Assembly (NCBI GenBank): GCA_013239625.1
Contig: MU054001.1
Span: forward strand, 3,884,167 to 3,948,166
Length of the DNA: 64,000 nt
DNA from: Lama guanicoe
Taxonomy: Eukaryota
Direction: 5' to 3'
Position numbers and translations under genes: made by a program. The notes below the pieces were generated by a model. That model searched no databases, was not told the DNA's origin, and saw only the letters and a list, made by a program, of their open reading frames with translations. Within the stretch, counting starts at the first letter, position 1, and every line of letters begins with the position of its first letter. Shown here one piece after another: positions 37,901 through 50,390 of the stretch.

Positions 37901-40900
37901 CCACTCTGCCACCTCCGCGGGATCACTCCTTCCCTCACCAGACACCTACTGAGGAATGACTTAGAGCCGGGCCGTGCACAGCAGGGGGTCCACCACCATG
38001 AAAGGACAGGCTTGGTCCCAGTCCTTGAGGAGCTCAGGAGGGTGGGGGCGGGGGTAGAAGATCAAGCAGACCCTCATCAAATTTCCCCAGGCCCCCATGT
38101 CTGTGCCCTCCCTTTTGTGACTGCATCACCATCCTTCCTGACTCATCGACTAAGTTTGGTTGGCTCTCAACCCTTGACTGAGCCTCAATTTCCTCATCTG
38201 TAGTTGGAGTAATAGAAGAGGAACAGAAGTTGTCCTATCACCGCGAGAAAAGTGAGTCTCAGACTGGGGAAGCCTCACAGCCACAGGCAGCGCAACGAGG
38301 ATTCAAACACCATCAGTCTGATCCCACTGTTCGAGTCTCTTCAGTGGCGCTGATCTCTTCAGACCTCCCTGGGTGAGTGGCCCCTGCAGAGTTTCCCTCA
38401 AGCTTTCACACTTAACTATAAGGAGGGGGTATGAGAGCCCAGCCTCCCAGCCAAAGCAAAGGTTGGCCATGCCTGGCCTTGAGCCAACGTGGTCCCCTGA
38501 AAAACAACTTGAGGCGGCCCAGCCTGAACTCCGAGGCATCCCTGGAGCCGACTCCTGGCTCAGGTCGTCCTAGAAGGGCCGTAGCAGCTCTCCCGCCCCC
38601 CGGGCCATGGACAGGGTCAGCGCCAAGCCCCTCAGCCCCCTCCGCCCTTTCTCCAGACTTAGATGTGGTTGAAAAGCTTACCACGGGACCAGCAAGGCCA
38701 CCACCATTAGAAACCTGATCCTGAGTTGCTGATGAAAACCAGGAGGGGGTTTTAATCAGCCGGGGCCATATGCTGTTTAACTGAAGATGAAAGTACAAGT
38801 GATAAGCATCATCTCAGGAAGGATGCCATTGAAGGAAGAGCAGAGCAGCGAGTGGCATCTTCCGTCATTACAGCAGCCCCTCGCAAAGCTCTCGTTATGG
38901 GCTTTGAGGAACGTCTGGGCCCCCTCTTCATTACGCAGCGCTTATGGTGTCATTGTGTTTGACGCCGGCTCCCGAGCCACGCCACGCTAGACTTCTAAAT
39001 ATACAATTAATGCCTATTAATTATCGTTTTCAAACCAGCAAAACGATCCTTCATTAACTTAATCGCTTCTTCTATTTTATCAGGAAATTGTATTCTCTTC
39101 ATAATCCCTGCATCTGAAGCCACCCGTTGGCGGCGGCACGTGACTCTTGGCTGACTGTTTATGGGAAGACCTGCCTGTCCTCTGGGCCAGCTCAACAACC
39201 CCCACCCCATCCTCACCCCCAGCCCCACCCTCCATCACCGCTGGAAGCCACTGCGGCCCTCTAGAGCATCACACTGGGCTGTCTGAGCAGGTGTGTCATC
39301 CAAGAGATAGTGGTGGAGGTAAGGCTTGAGTGGCTGCCACCATGGAACCTAGTCCAGCTGGACCCCAGGCCAGATCAAACTGGATTTAAATCAATATGTG
39401 TATATGTAGGGGGTGATGTAGTGAGGAAACTGGGGTTGTCACCTTCTGAATCACTGTGTGTAGCCCTGGTCCTCGCCATGGAACCCACCCGCTCCAGTCA
39501 CACTAGCCAAGCACATATGGTATTACTAACCCCATTGCATAGGCGGGAAAACTGAGACCCGCAATGGAAAAATAATTTCTTAAGACTGCAGAGCAGGTTG
39601 GCAGCAAAACCTGCAGCTTATCTAACCCCCAAGAGTGGCCTCACCCTGTCTGCAGGTGTGGTAGCTGGCACTTTCGTCCCGTGGATTTCCATTCTCCTCG
39701 TTCCCTTAGCATGGAGGGTGCTCTCCTGCTCCATTGCCTTTGGGCTTGGCCATGTGACCTGCTTCAACCAATGAGATGGGAGCAGATGTGATGCCCACTG
39801 TGGCCCCTGCATCTTGGATGGTCAGGAGATGCTAAGGGAAAGAAGGGAGGCAGGAAGGCAAGAGAGAGAGAGGAAGAGAATGTCACAGAGCACAAGTTTT
39901 GCAACCTGATTGGGTCAAATGCCTTAGCAAAATTGTATAACCTCCCAGCCTTACCTTCCCCATCTGTAAAATGGACGTGACAGAAAACCTACCTCATAAA
40001 GTTGTCATGAGGATTAAATGGGCAGTGTCTTTCTATAAACCTAAGTCACCTCTACAGTTCACTCCCTCTGCTCCAACTTCGTTTCCACAGCCTTATTTTA
40101 AGCCATCTCACCTCATCTCATTTATGCCTTAGTTTACAGACAAGCTGTTGTGATTTGGGGACGTGTAGGAGGCCCAGGAAGGGCACCTGCTCCAGGCTTG
40201 GGGGTCAGGGAGGACTTGGTGGAGGAGCCGGTTCTTGCAGGAGGAGTGGGGCAGAGGCACCGCAGGCCTGCAGCCGTGCGCAGCTCAGCTGGGGCTGCCG
40301 GGGCCAGCCCAGCAAGCACAGACTCACGTTACCCAGGCAGAATTGCATTCTCTGCTGTCCCTTGTCTTCCTGCAAATTCCCAGGGCCGTCTGCGGTCCCC
40401 CAGGAGCCTGCTTGCAAGCACACAGCATGGAAGTGAGGAGAAGTCAACATCCACGGAGAAGCACCAGGCTGGGACCTGTGAACACTGCAGCCTTTAGTCC
40501 TGCAGGTGGACACTTGGGAGCGCTCTGTACACATCCCAGAGGTCCACCGCCTCCAGGGGCAGCCTTGGCAGCACATCCTTAAGTCAGCTTGTCACCTTGC
40601 ATCTCACTCTCCTGCTCCCTCACTCCTCTTCCGGGCATCACTCTACTCAGACATGATCTGGCCTCACGTCCTTGTCTCAGGCTCTGACTTGGGGAGTCCT
40701 GGCTAAGCCCAGGGTGAAGAATAGGCTTTGCAGGGAGAAGGAGCAGCCTCTTCTGGGAAGGAAGGGGAAGCAGAAGGCTCTCCCATTCAAGGACCATCCG
40801 GGGGTGCAATGTGGCAGGGCAGAGGGGAGGCAGGAAGGGACGGGAAATGGGCAGGGGCAGCTGACTGAGGGCCTGGTCTGCTGGTCTGGGACAGGGTCCT

Positions 40901-43900
40901 TGTCCCGAGGGCAACAGGATGGGTTTGCACTAGGGTAGTGTCATGGTCAGCTTGGTGTTTGAAAAAGCACTTTCTGTCTGCACCTTGGGGACTGATGGGA
41001 GGGAGTAAGATTAGAAGAGGAGGTGACCATGCCAGGGGACAGCGGACAGGCTCCACCAGGGTCATGGCAGCTGGGATGTGGGGTTGGGTATAAGTGGAAT
41101 CTCTTGAGGATATAGAACTAAAAGTTTTCAGTAATTGAATTAGGGGGGAGGGGGGAGTCGAGAAGGACACCCAGGCTTCTGGCTTGAGCAACTGGGTGGA
41201 TTGTCTTGTCCGTTACTGACCTTAGAACAAGTTTGGGGTAATTTGTTTTGGGGGCATGTAGTTGGAACTCCTTGTCAACAGCCTAGAGATGTTCACTGAG
41301 GCCCTGGCAGTGAATGAGATCCCAGAAAGTGGGTCCATGGAGAGGACAAGGGGGACAGGACTGAGATGACAGCAATGCCACCATTTAAAACCTTTTTATT
41401 TTGAAATACTTAGATTCTGCAAAGATAGTACAGGGAGGTCCCGTGTACCCAGTTTCAATGCTGCAATTTTTAAAGGAGGATTAGGCAAAGCTGATGCTAA
41501 AAGCAGCTCAGAGAGGCTGGAGACAATCCAACAGAGCTTGATGTCAGGAGAGCGATTTCACTTAGGATTTAGTTTGGCTGCAGGTGAGAGCGGTTTAAAC
41601 AAGTGAGAAGTTGGTTTCCTCTGCACTTAATAGTCTAAATGTAGATGTCCAGGTCTGGAATAGAAGCCCTGTTCCTCTAAACCACTGGGAATACAGGCTT
41701 CTTCCAGCCACTCCACTATCTCTGGGGTATTGGTCTTGCCCTCATGGTCCAAAATGGTGGCTGCAATTCCAGCCATCACATTTGCTTTCCAGGCAGCAGA
41801 ATGGAAGAAGGGTTGAAGAATGAAAGAAATGATGGGAATGAACAAGCAATCTCTTAAGGAAGATTCCCAGGAGCTGCCACATGGCACATAACACTGACTA
41901 GAATTTATTTGCAAAATAGACTAAGAACTGTAGTCTTTATTCTTGAACTCAAAACAAGTGACTCCATTACCAAGAAGAAAGGGAGGATGGACACAGGGGA
42001 GCAACTAGCAGCCTGTGCACAGAATCCACGGGTGAAGGGTGTTTTGAAAGGGAAGATATGGTCACTATCATGAAATACAGCCAAGAAGTCAAGGAAGGTA
42101 GCAACTGAAATTCCCACTGGATTTAGGGACAAAAAAGTCAGGGACAAGTTGGTGGGGATATAATGATAATTGTCTGTCTGACCCAGAGCCCTTGATCCTG
42201 GGCTCTTTACTTTTTCCAGAGTTGGCAGATGGCGGATGGAGGGTGTATAGAAAGACAGAGGTGAAGGAGTTGAGGGTATTTGACAGAGAATAGTGGAAAT
42301 CCAGACCACGGGCTGTGGTAGAGGAAGCAGGAAGTGAAGATGAGGGAGTGAAAGGAAGCTGGTATCTTGGGAAGAACCAGGAGGGACTGTGAGAAGGACA
42401 GGAGTGAGGACAGAGAAAGGTGATAGTTTTTGTGGCTTCTGAGGTGGGGCACTTCTGGGTCCCCAGTGGGACTCAGAAGTGGGTGGCTGAAGACAGGCGA
42501 AAAAGGAGGTTGTTTCCGGGAGGGGATTAGTTTACAAAATTTAGAGATTGGATCCAGGTGAGTGCTGAAATCCGCTAAGATGCTGGCAGGATGTCAGGTA
42601 GAAGCAGATGCCCAGTGTCTTTAGAGAAGTCCCAGGTGCCTTCCACACCACCCGCAACCCTCGTTCTCATTGTCATTATGGCACTCCCCAAAACCTTGAA
42701 TGGCTGCTCATGGATTCCCAGGAAAATGTTCAAACCCCTCCCCCTTTCCTTTGAGGCCCTCCACGATCACCTGGCATGGATTAAGATGCTGTTAGCAACA
42801 GAAACCTCAAGGAGCACACAATGCCAGCACCTGGGCCTGAGTCCCCTGGATGAAGTACTTCTGTGTCTGCTAGTTCATTTTCCAACTGCCAGCACCCGTG
42901 ACTCCTTGTGGAAGGCTCTGTGTAGCCAGCTAGCACAGTAGAGTTGGAGCTGCCCTCGACTAATGACTGGTATGAATGGGAGGATCAATACCCCAGCTCC
43001 TTTGCTCTGTGGGTAGGTAACTCTGAGGGGCAGTCCACATGGGTTCCCCACAGTAGCAAGCTCTGGTTGTCCACAGTTGCCTCCCTTCCCTGTCTCACTC
43101 CTCACACCCTGCCAGCACTTCCCAGAAGCACCTCAAAATAAACACTTGCTCTCAAATCCTCATCTCAGGATCTTCTCCTGAGAAAAGCCAAACCACTGGA
43201 GTGCAGATGCTGAGGAGCTGCCAGGTACTACGTGAGTGGTAGCTCAATGACATCCTCCAGGACCTGGGTTCTCCCTGTGTCTGTGCTCTGTGGTCCTCAG
43301 CCTGGTGGCAAGATGGTAGCCATCATGACATCACACAAGCCCCTCAGCAGACTTCCCTTCAGGTCTCATTGGTCAGAATAGGGTCATGTGACCTTCCCTG
43401 AGCCAATCACTGCAAAGGGGATGACTACCAAAACTGGCTTAGACCAAGAACACAATTAATAAAGAAGGCCTCCTACTTTCTGTGAATTTGTTGAAGAGGA
43501 GGAGGAAGAGAGAGAGGAGGAAGAGAGTAGGGAAGGAGGGAGAAGAAAAGAAGATCAAAAAAAAAAAAAAAGAAGAAAAAAACCCCAAATGTATAATACC
43601 AGAAGAATAACTTTACAAGCTTAAAAATTCTTATTTGGTTATGTTATAAATACTAAAACCAAAATATAGTAAGAAAAAAAAAAAGATTGGCTTAGACTAA
43701 TCACCTAGGGGCAGAAAGGAGATTGGGGTCAACCACAAGGACCAAAAAAGGCCCCCACCTTCCCTTCCAGTCTGAATCTTCCTCTGTAGTTGTGAAATAG
43801 TGAAAAGATAGAGCTGGTTGACCCTGCCTGCCATGCATTCCTTGATCCGTTCATCCAGCAAGCGTATATTGAGTGTTTACTATGTCCCTGCCTTCAGGAG

Positions 43901-45931
43901 CTCACAGGCTACTTGCTGGGGGTGGGGGTGGGGGTGGGAATTCATCTGTTTTGACATCTAGAATCCCATCCCCCTATACCCTCCACATCCCCATCCCCAC
44001 CCCACATCATGCCTGCCCCATAGAGCCACTCTCCTCCAGGAAGCCTTTCCTGATTTCCCCAGGCCTCCAAGCTCCACCCATACACTAAGCCCCCTTGGAT
44101 TTTGGATGGACCATCCTCTGGGCTGACATTGTCTTGAATGGCTCCCAAGTGTCCTTGTGTCCATTCGTCTCATCTTTCCCATTAAGGGTGAGGCTTCTTA
44201 GAGGGAGGGGCTGTGTTTCCCCAGGGCTGACCCACAGCCCAGGCCAATCTGCCTGGCCCCAGTCTCAGTCCCCAACCTGCCTCGTGGCCTCCTCCTCCTC
44301 CTCTCCTTATCTCTCCCATCAATTTCTTATTTCATAAAAATCAATTTCTGTCCCATTTTTGCCGTCTACATAAAAGACTGTGGCATCAATTAGCCTTCGT
44401 TCTCTCTCTCTCTCTCTTTTTTTCCTTCCTCGTCTTTTTTGGAAACCTCTTTGTAGGGAAAATCTCATATTTCAGCAATTTGCATTATCCACACACTCAG
44501 CTTTGAAGTTCTAAGTTATGGTAAGAAAAGGACCCACTTATCTGCCCATAAAAAATGTTCAAAGCTTATAAATTCCCTGAAACAGATGTACATTATCATT
44601 GGATTTGCCTTTCTTTTGCTAGAGCATGCCTAATAGAGTTTCGGCCGCCCCCTGGCCCCCTTCCCCCCGCCCCTGTTAGCATCTTGTCTCCACAGAAGCC
44701 CGCTCCCCACTGGGCCAGACCGACTTCAAAGGTCCCAGGCTGTCTGTTAGAAGCAAAGCACAAAGTGGGAACATAGGGGCCTTTTAAATCCCCCACGTTT
44801 AAGTCAATATCATGCCTCCCTTCTTCCCCCTCTCCCGGCAGAGGGACATCAGTCAGCCATTCGTTTTCTGCCTTTGCGAGCGCCAATTCAGCAATTACCA
44901 GAGGGAAGGGAGGCCTCTCCCTCTCCCTTCTCTCTGTCTCTGCCGTCTCATTCTCTCCAACTTTACTTTTTGTTCTTTCCCTCACTTAAAAAGATGCTGT
45001 TCAACAACAGGAAAGGCATTGCTGATGCCGGGTGTAGACAAACCAGTGGATCCTCAGCACCTTCGCAGGTGAGAATGTCATAAGCATCTTGCATCCAACA
45101 GGCGCCGTTGTGTCCTACGATGAGAGCCTTCTCTCCGGGCTGCTGTTTCCAGTCCCTTCTCCATTAAGTGGCCAGATGGTCACATTCTGTCCCCCACACC
45201 CAACTGCCCCTCCCCATTGACCCTCCAACTTATTGTTGTTTCTTCAGAGTTGTAAGCAAACTCTCCACCATGGTCCCCCCCGGGCCAAGTCCACCCTGGG
45301 CCTCCCCCTTGCTGTCTGTGCTCAGCTGCACTGGCTTCCATCCATTTGTCCAATGGCTTACCCTCTCTCCCACCTCAGGGCCTTTGCACAAGCTGTTGTC
45401 GCTAGCTTTTCACCTGGTGAATTCCTCCTCATCCTTGAGGTCTCCATCTAAGTGTTGCTTCCTGGAGAGGCCCTCTCCCAGCCTCAACCTCAATCAGGTC
45501 CCCTCTGGTCTGTGCAGGGAGCTCACAAGCTGAGCCCTGAAATGCTGTCCCTTTGCTCTGTGCCACCCAGAGTATCTTCAGCACATTCCTGGGTTTCATC
45601 TGTTGCAAGACTGCTACCCTTTCCTAGAGGCAGAATCAACATGTCAGGGAGCCTGAACAGGACCTTGTGAAAGGGTGTCCCCTGCCTGGTTGTCCTTACG
45701 AATCCAATCAACAGAGATGTGTTGAGTGTCGAGAGCCGGCCACATGCTGGGTCTGGCGTGGGGCCGGGTAGGGAGGCCAGGAACGTGCCATCGTTCAGTC
45801 GCTCAGCAGATATTTAACAAGCACCTATCTTTGCTGGGCCTTTGGGATTACAAAATAATCTTTGGGGAACGAGATAGCGCTTTAGTGGAAACAGATGTTA
45901 ACCAAATAATCAGAGACACAAACAAGCTTAT

Positions 45932-46517
45932 ACAGTTGATCCTGATTATTCACAGATTCTATATGAATGCACCTCCTCACTCAAATTTATTTGTAACTTC
46001 AAAATCGATACTCACGGTGCTTTCATGGTCATTTGCGGTCATGAGCAGCAAAGCATTTGAGCCACTTGACGTGTGTTTTCTCAGCTGACATCAAACAAAG
46101 CTACAATCTGCCCTTCTGTTTCAGCTCTCATATTATAAACAAGTCTTCTTTCCAGGCTCTTTTCAGCACTGTGCTTTTTGCATTTTTGTGCTTCGTGTTA
46201 GCAGTGGCTGAGGGGCCGTGTAGTGTTCCTACGAGGAAATTGTATGTGTTAGACAAGCTTCGTTCAGGCGTGGGTTACAGTGGTTGTTGGCCATGAGTTC
46301 AATGTTAGCAAATCAACAATATAGAACAAATCAAGTGTCTTTAAATAGAAACACACACAAAACAAGGTTATGTATTGATTGGTTGCTGGAAATGTGACCA
46401 GAGGTCCCCAGGAATCTAACTCTGTTTCCCCTAAAACCAGTGGTTTGGTACTGGCTAAATCAGTGTTGGCGATGACTTTAAAGAGCGTTAACTACCACGA
46501 ATAACAAGACTCAGCTC
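45932..46517 (-). mobile_element. MER82-like TcMar-Tigger element
   Basis: Degenerate TIRs cagttgatcctgattattc / gaataacaagactcagct; internal acaaggttatgtattgattggttg and aagcttcgttcaggc. Confidence 0.75.
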
Positions 46518-49500
46518 TAATTACAAACATGATCAGAGCTATGAATGAAGGGGACTGGCAGGGCACCTGGAGACACTGGGCACCATCTTGCTGCAGCCAG
46601 GGGCTCAGGCCAGGCCAGCAGCCCCACCTCCCAGAACTTCCCTTCACTCACATTTCTCTGGACTTGGCTGGGGTGACCGCAGAGGAGAGGGCAGGACTGG
46701 TCTTTGCTAATCTTTGTCAATGCCCACAGGCTCCTGGAAGGGGGCAGCTGAGTGACTAACAGCTTGTCCCCATGGACAGGTGTCACACTACATTCAACCC
46801 GGCCACACATTCACCGTGACCTTGATAAGTCACTTAGCTGAACAATAACTCAGTTTCCTCATTGGCTTCCTCACAAGGGTGTCCTAAGGACGTCAGCGAA
46901 TGCAGGCTGAGCATATAATAGGTGCTCCATAAGTGGTCAATATAGCCATTTAGACGCCTCAGCAATCCTAGGGCTCAGGGCCTGGTTCCAGGGGCTTGGC
47001 CGGACTCCTGGAGGACAAGGAGAGTCCTCGAGGCAGGGCAGCCAAGGACCACCCCTGAGGCTCCCCTCCCTCACCTTGAGCAGGGTGGAGCTGCTGGGCT
47101 TGGCTCTTAGGCCACCAGTCCCACCACTGCCATATCCTATTAGGGTGTGGAGCTGGTGCCACAAAGCTTATCATGCACGCTCGGAATTTAAGGCCCAGAG
47201 AGGTCTGGGGCTTGCCCAAGTTCACAGTGAAGATCGGGTCTGTAATGGGATGAACTCATCGAACACGGAGGAGAAAAGCAACAGGGTAGGTGGAATGGCC
47301 CTCATGTGCCGTGGAGAGGACACATGGCAGTTGCTGACCTGCAGGGGCTCTTTGTCAACTGCACCTCCTTCCCCGCAGGTCCTATGGGGTCAGAGTCTCC
47401 TAACAGCAGCTGCCATTTCCCAAGGGCCTACTCTGTGCCAGACTCCGAGCTGAAGGCTTCAGCCTGTCAGATCATTTAATCTGATCCTCATAACAGCCCA
47501 GTGAGGTGGGTTCTCTGATTAGTCCCCTGGAACAGAGAAGGAAACGGAGGCACAGAGGCAGGGTCACTTGTCCAAGGTGGCACAGCTAGGAAGTAGCAGG
47601 ATCAGGACTCAGTTTAGGTCTGCCCGCCTCCCACGTTCTGCCCTTCGGAGCGAGGCGCCAAGCCTGCGTTCTGTGGTCTGGCTACCACATCCGGTCACCT
47701 CCTCCAACTCCATCCACCAAGCCAGACGTGCAGGATTCAGGACAGCGGGTCCAGAGAATTTGGAACCACATCCGCCCAAGTCTGCAGAGGGGAAGGGCCA
47801 AACTCTAAGCTGAGCCATGAGAAGCAGCCCAGAGGGACAGGAGTCACTGGCGGGGGTGTGTTGGGAGGTATGTAATTGTTCAGGGGACTCCACGTGGAAG
47901 AATCTCCTCTTGCGTTTTTCACCTTACATCTTACATCTCCAAAGACCCAGGAGCTGCAGCAAAACAAGCCTCATTAGGCCCACTTGACAGCAAAGCAAAC
48001 TGAGCCTCTGAGAGGTGAGGTCACGGGCCTGCGCTCAGCAGCTCAGCTAGCAGAGCCAGATGGTGTCCAGCCAAGCCCTTTGAGTGGGGCCCCTTCCGCT
48101 TTGTCTCTGTAAGGGATGTCGGGTAGGGTCTCACACAGGCGGACATTCCCGAGAGAGCCCCGCCCACCCCAAGGAGGAATGAGTGGTGTGGTGAGTGAGG
48201 GTCTCCAGGACTGGCCCCAAAGACCTCCCTACGGAAGTCCTCCCACAGCTGAAACACCCCGTTAGCAACCTTCCCTGTAAGACTCTGCCTTGAGCAGGCC
48301 CGGCTTTAATGGCACAGGGGACCCCCAAAGTTAGGCACCTGAGCATATTTGGGGTCCTGAGCTGAGATGCCACGGGAGCCAGCCAGGGAAGGCACATGGG
48401 CACCAGACTGAGAGTACACTGGGGTCCTGGAGAGCGTGAGCTCACATGGCATCTGAGGGGTGGACACTCAGCTCCTGCCAATGGCAGGCCTGGTGAAATC
48501 ACATTCTTCGATTTTTATGAGAAAAGCCCCAAATCCAGATTTTTAGGTGAAACGTTCACGTTTTGGAAATTAATTTTTTGAATCCCCAGATGGGTCAAAC
48601 ACGACATGTAAGTGGACCATGCTGGGTAGGACTCAGGATCAGAAGGAGGACCCTGGGAGTCTCAGAGCAGGCAGGGGACGGGAAGGGAAGGGGAGGAGCG
48701 TCCTCAGGGAGCCTGCTTCTCACCGACCTGGCTCACCCACCCCACCCCCTCCATCACAGGCTGGGAAGCGCAGCTTGGTCCCCACTGCTGGGCTGGCCAC
48801 GACAGGCAGGCTGGCTGCAGCGGAGCCCTGCTGACACGGGCAGGATGGTCACAACAGCCTCTGCAGAGTCACTGGCCAGTGACCCAGGCCATGGAAAGCC
48901 ACTTCTCCAGGTATCATAGATGCCGGCCTGTCCCCTTATCCCCCAGAGGGCAGCTGAGGCTTCAGAATGGAAACAGGGTCTGGGCTCAGCTTCGGGAAGA
49001 AGTGTCATCACGGATGGCAATTCCCCACCCCCTTCCCCAGTCTCTGTTCTCGTGTCTCTAAAATGGGAAGAGTAACTCCTGCCTGACTTCAATAGCTACT
49101 CACGAATATGAGCATTTGGACAAATTTTCACTGGTTTCTACCAGGGCAGGGTGGAGGGGGGAGAAAAAACAACGCAGTTAGAGTTTTTTCTTTTTAAAGA
49201 GGTCTGAATTATGTCTTTTCTTTTTTCTCTTTTTGGTTTGTTTTTCTTTAAACAGCAAGAGACTACAGTTTTCTTTCCTTCCTTCCTTTTTTTTTTTTTT
49301 AACATTCTTAGTCAGCAAAATTAAAAGTTGATGCCACCGCGTTGCTTTGCCAGCTTTTCATTTGAAATGTCACTGCTTTGTAAAACTCCGCAGTCAGGGA
49401 CTCACAGGCAAGAGGAGGCCATGAATCCTCCAGCCAGTAAGGGATGTGACCCCTCAGTCTTCTTTATCTCTCACTCCCTCTTTTCCGTGTACTGACCACC

Positions 49501-49675
49501 GCCGACGTGCCCACTCTGAGGAACCAGCAATGCTGAAGAAGCCCTGGCCGGCCGGCAGGGCCATTACAACTAGGAGGAAGGTGGCAAACACACCCAGATG
49601 CTGATGAGCAAGGCTGGCTGCCCCTTCGCCTGGGTACCAGCCCAGCTGGCTCCAGCAAATGAGGCCTTTTTGATT

Positions 49676-49700
49676 AAAAAAAAAAAAAAAAAAAAAAAAA
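49676..49700. repeat. Poly(A) run
   Basis: About 25 consecutive A. Confidence 0.95.
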
Positions 49701-49767
49701 CCAGAGAAGTTCACCTTTGATTAACTTACTCAGAATTTTGTGATGAGAAATATCTAGAAAACAGTTA

Positions 49768-49983
49768 CAGTTGACCCTTGAGTCATGCAGAGGGGTTTTT
49801 TGGTGGGCAGGGGCAGGGGGGAACTTCCCTGCTTCCCCAGTTGAAAATCTGAGAATAACTTTAGAGTTGACCCTTTGCATCCGAGGTTCCGCATCCCTGG
49901 ATGGTGTAGCACGTGTTGATGAAAAAAATCTGCTTGTAAGTGGAACCATGCAGTTTAAATCTGTGTTGTTTGAGGGTCAACTG
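49768..49983. mobile_element. Tigger2/MER8-like MITE
   Basis: TIRs CAGTTGACCCT...AGGGTCAACTG flanked by TA on both sides. Confidence 0.85.
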
Positions 49984-49985
49984 TA

Positions 49986-50390
49986 TTTTTTTTTTTGCTT
50001 AAAGTTTAGTTTATTTACAATGTTATACTAGTTTTTGGTGTACAGCATAGTGATTCAGTCATATATATATGTGTGTGTGTATATATATATATATGTATAT
50101 TCTTTATTATAGGTTGTTATAAGGTATTGAATATAGTTCCCTGTGCTGTTAACATGGGACTTTATTGTTTATCTCTTCTGTATACAGTAGTTTGTACCCA
50201 TTAATCCCAAACTCCTAATTTATCTTCCCCTGCCTTCCCCTTTGGTAACCCATAAGTTTGTTTTCTGTCTGTGAGTCTGTTTCTGTTTTGTGAATAAGTT
50301 CACTTGTCTCACTCTTTTTAGATTCCACATTTAAGTGGTATCGTGATATTTGTCTTTCTCTGTTTGACTTCACTTAGTCTGATCATCTCT
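49986..50390 (-). mobile_element. L1 3' end
   Basis: Same 3'UTR type as 23322-23895 and 34664-34906 (gtacagcatagtgattcag...tagttccctgtgct...ttagattccacat). Confidence 0.85.

Noticed and set aside
37547..38203. 218-aa ORF
   Set aside because: Non-ATG start within LTR-like sequence; no recognisable domain or codon bias.
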